Both the position numbers and the translations under genes were made by a program. Positions 25,703 to 37,369 of a stretch of DNA of 64,000 bases are shown in pieces (the stretch's first letter is position 1; each line of letters starts with the position of its first letter). The notes under the pieces are model-generated. The model saw nothing but the letters and a program-made list of their open reading frames with translations, was not told the DNA's origin and ran no database searches. Origin of the DNA: the human T2T-CHM13v2.0 reference genome, Homo sapiens; the NCBI RefSeq assembly GCF_009914755.1, contig NC_060928.1. One strand, given 5' to 3'.

Positions 25703-26125
25703 TAGGCAAATAACTTAAAATTACCAAAATATTTTTTAAAGATAGAGATCTTTCATTACCTGAATTTAAGAACTAGTAAGCCTTCAGTAAGGAATACATT
25801 ACAATATTGGCATAAAAACAAATAGGTAAATGAAACAGGGTTATTTAGTGTCAGAAATAAATCCACACACATATATAAGATAACTGATTTTCAACAAAGA
25901 TGAAAAGGCAGTTTGGTGGTGAATGGATAAAAACGAATGGTGTTGTGGAATTATTGGAAATTCATATTCAATAAAACAAAAATAAAAATAACAAAACAAA
26001 TTTTGACTCATATCTTGAACCATATTCAAATATTAACCCCCAAATTGATCATATACCTAAATAAAAACCTTAAAGCATTAAATAGCTCTAGGAAAACATA
26101 ATAGAAAATCATTTGTGATCATGGA

Positions 26126-26491
26126 TATGTTAGTCATTTCTCACATTGCTAATAAACATATACCTGAGACTGGGTAATTTATAAAAAAAAATTGACTCAG
26201 TTTTGCATGGGTTGGGGGGCCTCAGGAAACTTACAATCATGGTGGAAAGGAAAGCAAACACATCCTTCTTCACATGGCAACAGGAGAGAGACGTGAGTGC
26301 CCAGCAAAGGGGGAATGCCCCTATAAAACCATCAGATCTTGTAAGAACTTACTATCATGAGAATAGGATAGGGGAAACCACCCCATGATTCAATTATCTC
26401 CCCCTAGTCCCTGCCACATCACATGGGGATTATGAGAACTATAATACAATTCAGGATGAGATTTGGGTGGGGACACAGCTAAACCATATCA
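26126..26491 (-). mobile_element. THE1C-like solo LTR
   Basis: cctgagactgggtaatttataaa...gcaaacacatccttcttcacatggc...gatgagatttgggtggggacacagctaaaccatatca; TSD atgga/atggg. Confidence 0.92.
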
Positions 26492-26805
26492 ATGGGTTAA
26501 GCAAGGAATTATTATATTAAACATCACAAATGCAATCTTTAAAAAACAAATTGATAAAATAGACTTTGTAAAAATAAAAAGAGTAGTCCACAAAAGACAT
26601 TGTTAAGAGAATGAAAAGCCCAGCTACTGACTAGAAGAAAATATTTTAAAATCATATCATAAAGGACTTGAATCTAGAATATATGAAAATCTCCTAAAAC
26701 TAATAATGAGTAAAAAAACATAGAAATGGACAAAGGATGGAAGCAGACATACCACTAAAGATGGTACACACTGACATCAAGTAAGTATATAAAAAATAAT
26801 TTTAA

Positions 26806-26909
26806 CCTGGGTGATAAAATAATATGTACAACAATCCCTTGTAACACGTGTTTACCTATAAAACAAAGCACATCTACCCCAAACCTAAAATAAAGGTTAA
26901 GAAAAAAAG
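26806..26909 (+). mobile_element. About 100-bp 5'-truncated L1P (PA15/PA16/PB-like) 3' end
   Basis: cctgggtgataaaataatatgtacaacaatccc...tttacctat...ccaaacctaaaataaaggttaa plus A tail; exact 14-bp TSD aaaaataattttaa (26792-26805, 26910-26923). Confidence 0.88.
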
Positions 26910-28764
26910 AAAAATAATTTTAAAAGACCACTATTTATGTATAAGCATATTAAACTACAATGAGATATTTTATAAATCTATTAGAATAACTTAAACAGGC
27001 TGACCATAAAAAGTTTTCTTTGAGATATACAGGAATTAGAGTTGTTGGTGGGAATATATAGTGCTACAACTAGTCTGGAAAGCAGTTTTACCATTTCAGG
27101 AAACCCGTATATAAACATATATGTTTACCACATGGCCCAAGCAATTTACATCTAGCTGTTCCCCAAAGAGAAATAATAGTCTCTGTCCATAAAAAGAATT
27201 TTAAACAATTGTTCATACTTAGTACATATGTAATAGCCAAAAACTCAAAATAACCCAGATAACCTTTAACAGTTGACTGGATAAATTATTACATATAGTT
27301 GCAATGAAATACTACTCAGAAATGAAAAATAATGAGCTTTTGATAACTTAAACTTATAGATAAATCTTAAAATAATTACACTGAGTGAAAAAGCCCACTT
27401 AATAAAAGAGAATGTGGCATAAGATTGCATTTATATAAAACTCTAAGAAATACAAACTAGTCTATAACATCAGAAAGCAGATTGGTACTTGTATTGGGAC
27501 AGGTGAAAGGGAGCAGGAAGGATTAGGAAGAAGGTAATATTTAGGAGCAGAAAGAATATTTTGTGTGTGATAGGTATTTTCATTTATTTGACTGTGGTAG
27601 TGAATTCACAGGCATATACAAATGTCAAAACATATACACTTTAAATATATGCAGTTTTAAAAATAATTATATATCAATTCAGCTGACAAAAAATCCTAAG
27701 TTGATTGATCACTTCCACATTGCAATTACCCAGTTTCTAAATATGTCACACTATTAATTTTACTTATCATTTGCCGTTCTTATACATTTTTAGCATGTCC
27801 ATTAGTAATGTGTTTTTTAAAAATATTGATTCTTATTAGGTTACTAAGGGAAACAATGAAAGCAATTCAGACTGCAAGGCTTTCCAATGCTCCTCATTAA
27901 TTTTAAGCCTGTTTTCACTGATGTCTAATGGCTGAAATGCATATACTTGCAGCAAATGTCCAGCAGGGAATGAGAATCCATACCAAGACATCATGTAAGA
28001 CCTATTCTGGTATGGGTATACAAGATGACTGTGTCCACTTTAATAGTTTTAAATATAATTTTTTTATTTTTACTCATATATCTAGTTACAAATGTATTAC
28101 ATTATTGATCGTTAAAATAAATTGTTACTTGAATGAATTAATTCTAAATTTTATGTATAGAGGGCCCTCTTTTGACAGGATAAGATAATAATCTTGGATA
28201 ATATTTTTGATCTTTACATTCCCTCAAAGGAAAATCCCTGTCCACATAAATAAATGATAGTCCTTTTCTTCTGTGAGAGTAAGAAAAGTGTAATTTTCAT
28301 CAAGTTCCCTGTTGGTTCACCATGGATTGCATTGCGTTGGTCAATTTCTCTGTGGAAATGACATTTTCTCACAAGTGGAACCAGCAATTATCCATTAGTC
28401 CATACAGAAGAATGTGTAACATATCTCTTGGAATTGCTTAGCAAGGACCTGTATCTCTGTATAAGGCTGGTGGTGATAGGTGACAGGTATTATGAGGAGG
28501 GGTAATTGGCAGAATGTGTATAGTCCTGATATATATCAAATATGGTGGCTCTTTAATAATTTTATTTTATCCTAAACAACACTCTCCATTTTATTTTCAT
28601 TATTTTTCTGTACACAAAAAAATCTCCTGCTTATTCATGGCTGGTTAAGGTCCCAGGGAACACTGTTTCTATCTTGTTCTTCATCATCTCTGCATCCAAA
28701 CCTAGAACGTAGTGTCATGTTTGAAATAAACATGGTGCTTATAAATATTGAATTTTTAAAATGG

Positions 28765-29105
28765 TATTCTGCTATATTGATGGTGAAAAGCAGTTTCTAA
28801 AAGGCAATTTGTCCATATGTATCAATAATTCAAAGCAGTAGCACTTTTTATTTGCCAACTTATCTCTTGGAACAATATCCTCCCAGAAAAAAATCAGAAT
28901 AGTGCAAAGATGTATGTATAAGTACATTCAATACAGCAATGTTAATAATAGAATAAACAAACAAAAGTCATTAAAATATAAATGACATATTATGTAGGAG
29001 AATGGGTTAGTAAATTATAGCAACTTTGTAACATGGAAGAATATGCTGCTATTGAAAATATATTTGTGTGTTTTGTTAAAAAAAAATAATAATAATAATA
29101 ATGTT
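28765..29105 (+). mobile_element. L1ME 3' fragment
   Basis: aggcaatttgtccatatgtatca...gtgcaaagatgtatgtataagtacattcaatacagcaatgttaataatag...aggagaatgggttagtaaattatag. Confidence 0.65.
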
Positions 29106-30221
29106 TTTCCCATCTATCTTGTTCTGGGCTTACCATTTGTCCCAAAAACTCTTCTCTGCTTGCTTGGGCACTATTTAAATCTCCTTGGCACCTAAGTGGG
29201 AGGATTGGGTGTACATTCTTTATTTTATGAGTCAGCCTTTCTTTTCCCAAGGGAAGTGAAGAAAAGGGCTGGGGACTTGCTTTAGCAGCCAGCTGTTTGG
29301 AAACTTTCTCTCATTACATATTCTCTCTGAATCTATTTAAAATATTGTATCAGAATCCCGTGTTGTTAAAGAGTTATGCTAACCTTAGATTGCTGTTTAT
29401 AGCCAAGCTTTAGGTAATCCATGCAATTACACTTGGAGGTCCAATTACATGGTTGTTAAGTTGTCTTGCTTAAGAACTTTTCCGTTCTTAGTCTCCAACT
29501 GGAGTCAAGATAAAGAAACTACAACTGGATTACTACATTACTTCAACTCCAATCTGGTCACCATGACGGAGCTAAGTGGGGCAATATCAGTTCTTTCTAG
29601 AATATATATTGATCTCTAACTCTTGTCCCTAGGTTGGGTTATTAGTATGGTCTTTAATGATTAACTCCTCTAACTGAAACCATTGCTGAAGAGTTCCATA
29701 CATCAAATAAATTTTATGCCAACTCCCTATGACTTCTTCTTATTTTTTCTATTTGGTCTGTGGTGTATTATATTTAGCTGATATTTCAAAAAGTTTGTTT
29801 TACAAGTTATGAATCTTACTCTAGTGCCAATAGACCTAAATATTTTTCTATTTTTAAAAAATTATTTTGGAAGAGAGAATCTGTTTGGTCTATTTCAAGT
29901 TAAGCATCATTCCAAGTCCAAGCAACCATGACTTCCATATGTTAAAGTCTTCTAATACATCCATGTCTGGAGGGGCACTGTTTGGGTAAACAATTGCTCT
30001 TAAGGAAAACAAGCTAAACAAAAAACAAAAAGCAAAAACCCCTTAGTTATTGGGAATTGGATCAACATTCTAAAATGTTTTTACTAAAATCAATAAACAT
30101 CACTTAAGACGGTTTAAACATATTCTCTAATTTATTATCAAACCAACTGCAAACTCAGAGGCATTTATCTCAGTGAAAATCGTATCCCTTAATTACATAT
30201 ATAGACATTCAAAACAAAAGT

Positions 30222-30727
30222 TGTACCAGATAAATTTAAACAAGAAAGGAAGATGTTAATTGAGGTTATTGCAATAGAAGAGAGAGGCCAGAACTCAGTC
30301 TGAACTCAACTTCATAGAACAAAGCTTAGTTGGTTTATAAATTGCTAGAGTAAACTGATGAAAAAGTATGTTACAGAGGTCATTATGTCACCTGGAGGCT
30401 GATTAATGGAATGTGTACAACATGTCCTGTTAATTCAGAGCTTGCAAACATTGTCCACGGTGATTAGGTCATCTATGTTTACTAATTAGAATACATCAAA
30501 GTTAGACTTCTAGTCTCTTACAGAGACAAGGAGATAGGAGTTCTCTCTTGATAATTCATTTCAAAAAGATGGTTCTTAGCTCCTTAAGACATTACATACA
30601 TCTCAAAAAGGATCAGGAAAGAATTTACAGTGACAAGCTTTCCAAATTAAATGCTCTAAGCAAAGGGAGTCAGGTCCTAGGGTCAGGAAGAAGCCTGTCT
30701 AATGTCTAGTCAAGCTAAGGAAACATA
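30222..30727 (-). mobile_element. MER67/MER31-group ERV1 solo LTR
   Basis: Reverse strand: cttgactagacattagacaggcttcttcctgaccctaggacctgactccctttgcttagagcatttaatttggaaagcttgtcactgtaaattctttc; cagactgagttctggcctctctct. Confidence 0.78.
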
Positions 30728-30827
30728 GAGACAATTTCTGTGACATTCTAGGTAAATAAAAATAATTTTCTTATGCTGATTCATTTTCTTTCAGCCTGTG
30801 CTGATTTTTTTGTCACCATTTTTTAAT

Positions 30828-30889
30828 TCATTTATTTTTTAAGGATGGGGTCTCACTTTATCACCTAGAATGAACTTCAGTGGCCTGAT
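30828..30889 (-). mobile_element. Short Alu 3' fragment abutting ERV internal sequence
   Basis: tttattttttaaggatggggtctcactttatcacctaga...cagtggcctgat. Confidence 0.65.
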
Positions 30890-33073
30890 TTGTTTGGTAG
30901 TATGGGATCTCCTTTTCTGCCTCTTCCTGACTTTCATACTTATGAGGGAAAACAAAATTTTGCCAGGTAGACAGGTCTCAATTTTGTAAATAACTTGGAT
31001 ACAGCTGTCTTGTATAGGTCACTTCATTTGTGTGATATGTGTTGTGTCTAGCATGCTATCAAATTGGCATACAAATAAAGGAGTGCTCATAAATTAAGCA
31101 AATAAGACTAGTTTAAACTTGTTAGTTGGAAGGGAATGTGGTGTCTTCTAAAATTTTACTTTAATTTTTACCTAGGTAAAACACTGATGTTTGTGAGCTT
31201 CAGAATAATTAAAATGGCTTTAAATGGAGAGCTTTCATGTGGTTTAAAATCTTGAAACTGTAGAATCATTCTCATCTATAAAATGCCAATATCTGATAGG
31301 CAGTTCAGAATTTCTTGTCTCTGAAGTTTATATAAAATGTGCCAAAAATATGTATTCTTTGTTGGGAATAAGAAAAGTTTTTATCTAATTCTGAAGTTAT
31401 TAAAGGGGAGATTCAAAATATAAAGGAACAAGTTAGTAGGAAAGAGAGATGTAAAGGAAGTTATGGATAGAAGATGTATTTTTTCAAGAAAAAATATAAA
31501 AAAAGAATAATTGTATTTATAAAAAGGATGTTGTATTACAAATTACAAATTTTTGTCCTACTGTAAAATTACTAGTAATTTTAAAAATCAGTTAACAACC
31601 TGTAAATAGAGAAAAAAATAAAAATAGAAATAAATATATTATAGGACAAGTCAGAAAGTCCAAGCATGTCATAGATGGTATAAGTCATGATAACGCTGGG
31701 GAAGGGAATTTATGAAAGAAATGTTGTGTGTGATTAAGCTAGCTCTAATTAAAAGAAAATTGTTTATAATAGACTTTCTAAAGAATGCTCTACATGCTAA
31801 AATAAAATTCGCTTATGGGACTGATTTCCTAAATTGTAAGAAATTTTGCTTTTAATATTATAATTGGTATATTTTAAAGCTTGTCTTATTTGTATCTCAG
31901 AAGTTCAACTGTTGCTCTATGTCACTGCTTTCAGCTCTTTTGAGGAGGCCTGAGTTGATAACTCTTTCCTTGACCTTTTGTGTCAGCTCCTCTAACTCTT
32001 TTCTCTCCAGTTTTAAACGTTGCTATAACCTGATGCTAAAATATTTTATCATAGAGGTCTATAAAAGCAATATCTTCTTTCAGTATCAGTATAACTTGAT
32101 TTTATACTCTTAATATTTCTTGCTGTATACCTCATTTTTGGCTTTTAGTTTTTGGCTCTTATATTGCCTAAAACAGTTTTAAGGGCTAATAAGTGCCTAC
32201 CTATCTCCATTCCCATCTAGTCTAGAATGTTTAATGGAAGTCCCTTGGCCAAAGTGAATCCCAAAAATCTCTGAAAATCTAAGGCCATGACAGGAAAGAG
32301 TGGATTGACATTCTTCACTATGCCCCACCTGAAATTTAGGCCAGGTTCAAAATGTGTTTCAAAATTACAAAATAAAATATTGCCCTTTTGCACAAAGGAA
32401 AAGAATAGCTCCTCTATTCAACCAGAAGACTTAGTCTTATTAAATATTAAAAAGAAGGATCCCCTAAGGATCAACTATAAATAAAATAGAAAGGCCCCTA
32501 TCAGGTATTTTAAGTACCTTCACTGCTGTTAAACTTCAGGGAATCACAGGCTGGGTACACCTGTCCAGAGTTAAACCTGTTTCTTATGAGTCCCCACAGG
32601 TGTTAAGAGCAGGACACAACACACACTTGTAAATGCTAGGAAACTTAAAGCTGTTGCTTTGCAAACACACAAATAAACAACATGGCAAGGATGAGTGTGT
32701 GCAGTAATAAACTGCACCTATTATATTATTCTCACTTGATTTTTATCTTTCCTAAGATCTTCGATAGCTATTATTACTAATTTTTTTTCCTTGTTTGTTT
32801 AACCTCATAGTAAAGTTTGTGTCTTCTAGACTACAATAATTTATATGAAGACTATTCTGGCATAAGGCTTCCAACTCATCCCATCTTCTAACCTGGAGAA
32901 TAAAAATATCCTGCATTTCAGCCTCTTAGATCAGGTATCCACAGATTTTTGCTCCCCAATGCTAGGCAGAGCCTACACCCATAATATCAGCAGGAAGTAG
33001 TTACAGAGCAGACCTCTGACCTTCTGGAGCCCCTTTAAGATTAAAGAGGAGTATGTCATCTCTGAGGAGGGCA
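30890..33073 (+). mobile_element. ERV1 (MER4-group, MER66-int-like) internal region, 5'-truncated
   Basis: Frameshifted integrase C-terminal remnant near 32415-32585 (QPEDLVLL...KGPYQV...STFTAVKLQGITGWVHLSRVKPV); env TM tail remnant near 32788-32835 (PCLFNLIVKFVSSRLQ); purine tract gaggaggg before the LTR. Confidence 0.82.
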
Positions 33074-33562
33074 TGAGGTAGAAGACTGGCAGGACTTATT
33101 TCTCGATCCTGACAGGATGAAGTAAAGAAACTGCCAGGAGCCATTAGATGGTGATGAAAGCAATCCCTAACCGCCCTCATTGCTCATTAGCATGATACTC
33201 CTATCAGTTCCATGATAGTTTACAAATGCTGTGGTAACAACCTGGAAGCTACCAGCCCCTTCAGTGCCCTTGAAGTTACTGCCCCATAACTAGAAAGTTC
33301 TAAAGAACCCACCTCTTCATTTTGCATTACCCCCTCCTTAATTTGTATCTAATTTAACATGGGTACAAAGGAATATAAATACAACAGCTATCAGATGTAG
33401 ATAGCATTGCCTGTGAGGTAGCCCTGCTCTGTAAGGAACAGCTGTGGTTCAATAAACTATTACTGCTTAACACTATCGTCTCACACATGAATTCTTTCCT
33501 GGGGGAAGCAAATAACTCTCCTAGGCTAAGCCCCAGTTTGGGGGCTTTCCTTCTCCAAGTCA
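33074..33562 (+). mobile_element. MER66-family 3' LTR
   Basis: tgaggtagaagactggcaggactt...ccatgatagtttacaaatgc...gaagttactgccc...tataaat...gtagccctgctctg...aataaa...gaattctttcctggg...gctaagccccagtttgggggct...tca. Confidence 0.85.
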
Positions 33563-36500
33563 CAGGTATTGCTCTAGTTATTGGAAATACCCATGTACCA
33601 ACCTTTCTGGAATTTATAGTTTTTAAGTAACTAACAGTAGAAAAGCAGGTTCAAATGGACATTAATTAAACCTAAAAGAACTAAAAATTGAGAGAAGCAG
33701 GTACCCAGAAGATGCAGGCCACTAAATGTTCAATACTAACTTCACCTACTTGAAAACTTTAGAGCTGGTGCTGACTGGTACACACTTTCTAGTTTTACAC
33801 TATGAGTTATTTCCTTCTAAGGCATTACTTTCTCTGTCTGGAAATTGAAGGTTTGGGAAACTTTTGCATATAAAACTTTTAGAATATGTAAGTGCAAGTA
33901 AAATGATGGATCTCACTACAATGGTAAAGACTAGACTACAGAGACACATTGTGAAAAGAAGACACATTTTCTTTTAAAATGGAAACGTATTCTCCTATAA
34001 TTTATTCTTTGTGATTTTACATTGGAAGGCCAATTTATAGCTCCTAATGTCTATTTGAAGATCTGCTCACTAGAGGAAAAAGGCGATTAAAGACACCAGG
34101 ACTTAGTTCACTCATTTTCCACTTGTTCTTATTTATGGAAAGTTGTGCTTTTTAGTCCAGATTTTCAGCGGCTCCTCCAAAATCTTTTGGTTGTGCAGGT
34201 AAGCATCTTTCAGAAAAATATATCTTCCCTTGAGATGCTTGCAAATATCACATCTGTTGTAGAAAACACAGAAGATAGAGCTGTGTGCTCTAATTAGAGA
34301 GGAAAATTACTTGAAATGTACCAGTGGATTACTAACAATGACTGATGCAAATGGTTAGAGGAAAATAGCTCTTTTTGATTTGAAATAATGCTTTCTACAC
34401 AACTGGTGTGCCCATAATAGGTAAATCAAATTATGTCTTTTCTCCTCCATGACTGTAAATTAACAGTGAGTAAATGGGAAGATGTTAGAATTGTACTTTT
34501 CCATAAGCCAAAGTATAAATGTTAATCTGAATCTCCTGAATTTGCACAATTTGCCTAGAAATACTGTTAAAACATACTTTCTCAAGAGAATTGTCTTTGT
34601 TTGCAGCCTCCAAAAAAATGTAAATACAACAGCTACAGCTTTTCCTTGCGGCATTTTGGAATTGTCCTCACCTGGCAGGTAGTGAGATATGCAAAGGCCT
34701 GCAAATCTTAAAAACAAAACAAAAACAAAAACAACACAAAAACCCTGCTCTTTTAAAATAAAGTTCAATAAACTTTAGTTTCAATTCCTGCAAAGGTCAC
34801 ATGAGGATTAGTTTAAATTTCAGGTCAAGAGGCAGCTTGCTTCCTATTTGATCTGCAGCAATTGAAGCATACCTAATGGAAGCACTATTTTAAACACAAA
34901 GGTTAAACACTGTTGAATTTTGACAAAGGTTAAATGCCTATTTGCCAAAGTTAATGACTTAATAGCATTTTGAATACCATTCTTTGTATAAAGGTTAAAC
35001 TCATATTTTCAATGCAGTGTTTCCTCTCTTAAAAGGAAATACTCATTAGAACCCAAACAATTACCTAATTGTTAATTTGTTTTGATCTTATTTATAGTTC
35101 TTCAACCAGAGTATTATCTGTTTTGATTGCAAGATAATTTTTAAGCTTTCAAGAAGAAAAATGTTTAAAAAGAGAAATATGGTTATCAGAGAATTACTCC
35201 TTCCAAAAGGTCAAAAAGAAGAGGGCTAAAGATTTTAGAAAAATATTTTGGGCAAAGTTGTAATCTGTGGTGGGCTCACATACTTTCCAAGGATGTACAT
35301 GAGACCAATAAATAATTTCTTGGACTCGATAAAAAAATCATTATCAAATGATCATACTAAGAAAATGTGAAAAAATATTACACAAGGGGACAGCATGTGA
35401 TCAATTCAGCATTACTTTCAATGCCATTTTAGCTAACATGATTGTAATAATTTACATAATATAGTGCATTAATTAGAAAAAATGCTAAAGTACATCATTC
35501 ATCTATTATTCCCCAAGATTTCTAAATGACTAGACCATCTCATCTCACTTACTGCTTAGAAATTGAACTAAGAATTGAGGCATTGAAAATTCATGCTGAA
35601 TTTTAAAGATGTATACGGGGAAAATACATTTGGTGGTTCTATATATTGCTTTTCAGGTAAGATATCATACTTGACAAAATATTTTAAATTCAATTACAAA
35701 TACTATTACAAGTGACACAATTGTGTCAGGGTACATATATGCTATATATATTTATTTCAAGGTTATGCTGTAAATTACAGAAAGTGATGGAGGGCAATAT
35801 CAGGAAAACCATTGTGAGAATTTCTCTCCTTTTTAAGGAGAGAACTCAGTCAGGCAGAGGAATGCCATCTGATCTGTCAAAAGGTGAAGATCAATGAGGA
35901 GTGAAAGCCAAATTTCAGTTATATTTAAGGTAAACAAATGGGATAAGGCAAATGGAAGCATACAGGCAAGAGTGGAGGGTGTTCTAAGCTTAAGAATATT
36001 TCAAAGATAATTTGAGGTTAAGTCTAGGACTTCCTAAGAATGGATAAAATCAAGTGATACAGCGCTCCGATACATCCAAACACCACTTGGTATTTTACCC
36101 ATTTTGTTTATATTCTGAAAAAAAGTTTTGTTTTATTTCTCTATGCTAATTTTTTCTCTCTTATTTTAGTATATTAACATTTATTTTTATTTTCTGACTT
36201 CAGTTTGGTGTTTCTTCAGAAATGTCATTATAGTTTTAATTATATAAACTTTTTGTCACCTGCCAATTACACCTGTATTGATGTTGGCCACTAAAACTTA
36301 CTTGGTGACAGTAACCTAAGACAAAATAGAACATGTAAAAAAGCAAGGGCTTACTGGGAATTGTTTGCAAAATTATTCTTGGTGCACACCTGAAAAATAT
36401 CATAATAATACTCTTATCATTTTACTTTAAGAAAATGCAAAGTTATCTTGATAAACCATTCCATAATGCTTCTGAATGGACTGAAAAGATAATGAAACTT

Positions 36501-36839
36501 GTTGAACCAAGCCTGTTGTGGTCAATTTTCTTGCTGTGACTAATGGGTTTACTATCTAAAAATCTAATTATTAAAGAATTAAGGCAAGAGATATATAAAA
36601 TTTTCTTCAGTTTAAACGGATTGTACAACATTAAAGAAAAGATGAAGAAATTATTTGGTTCAAATGGGGTTTTTAAAAATTAATTGTTAGTCTTGCAATG
36701 CTTAACATAGTTAAGACAATAAGCAGATTTATGAAGACATTGAATTTCATATGCTAAAGAAATGCTTTACTTTTTTCAATGAATTTTTTTCATGACACCA
36801 AATGGGAAAGAGCTCCTTTTTTGTGGCAACTTTTCCATT

Positions 36840-37360
36840 TGATGTCATGAAATCAATACCAGAAATGGACAGTGAGTATCAAGCACTGCAAGCTTTATTC
36901 AATGGCCAACAATTTGGATAAGTGAGAGTGTAGCTCATAAATTAACTTCTTAGCTCTTGCACTTGGGGAAATTACAGATATAGGGTATTCTTAGTACAGG
37001 GTATGGGCATTAGGAGGAAGAGGAGGAAAACTCATGCTTTTTCTTGAGAGGGGGTGAACATTTTTTTTGGAATCAAAGAGCTGCCTCTTTTTTTTTTGTT
37101 GTTCCCTTCAGGTCATTGATGTGGTGATTGTAAACTGTCATGGTGCCTCTGGGAGTGTCATTTAGTATGAAAATTGGATTATAATGAAGCTAGATTCTTC
37201 AGCAGTCCAGTAAGCTGTATAAGAAGGAACCTCTGACCACCATAGACATCCTGTTTCCTAAAAATAAGCAGAGTTAAAGCCGAGTAGGAAGTGTATGTTA
37301 CATGGGCATTGCATTGGGCACAAAACAGGATGAGTGTCCAGCTGTTATGTAGGCACTGCA
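36840..37360 (-). mobile_element. ERV1 solo LTR, MER92/MER66-related
   Basis: Reverse strand contains gacactcccagaggcaccatgacagtttacaa (MER66/92 core), AATAAA (tttatt near 36894) and TG...CA termini. Confidence 0.65.
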
Positions 37361-37369
37361 ATAGGTAAC

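Larger units (their letters stand above)
24285..27685 (+). mobile_element. Second decayed L1M (MD/ME-type) ORF2 plus 3' end, hosting three younger insertions
   Basis: ccaagtggaatctatcctaggtatgcaagg, atcatctcaatagaggcagc, ccctacagctaatatcatg, acaaggatgtctgctctc, gaaatactactcagaaatgaaaa, tttgactgtggtagtgaattcacaggcatatac. Confidence 0.88.

Noticed and set aside
25317-26491. Two THE1 LTRs as one provirus
   Set aside because: Different apparent subfamilies, separate TSDs, and L1 sequence between them.
32287-32484. ORF ending in QPEDLVLL...
   Set aside because: A fragment of frameshifted ERV integrase; no intact pol or env.
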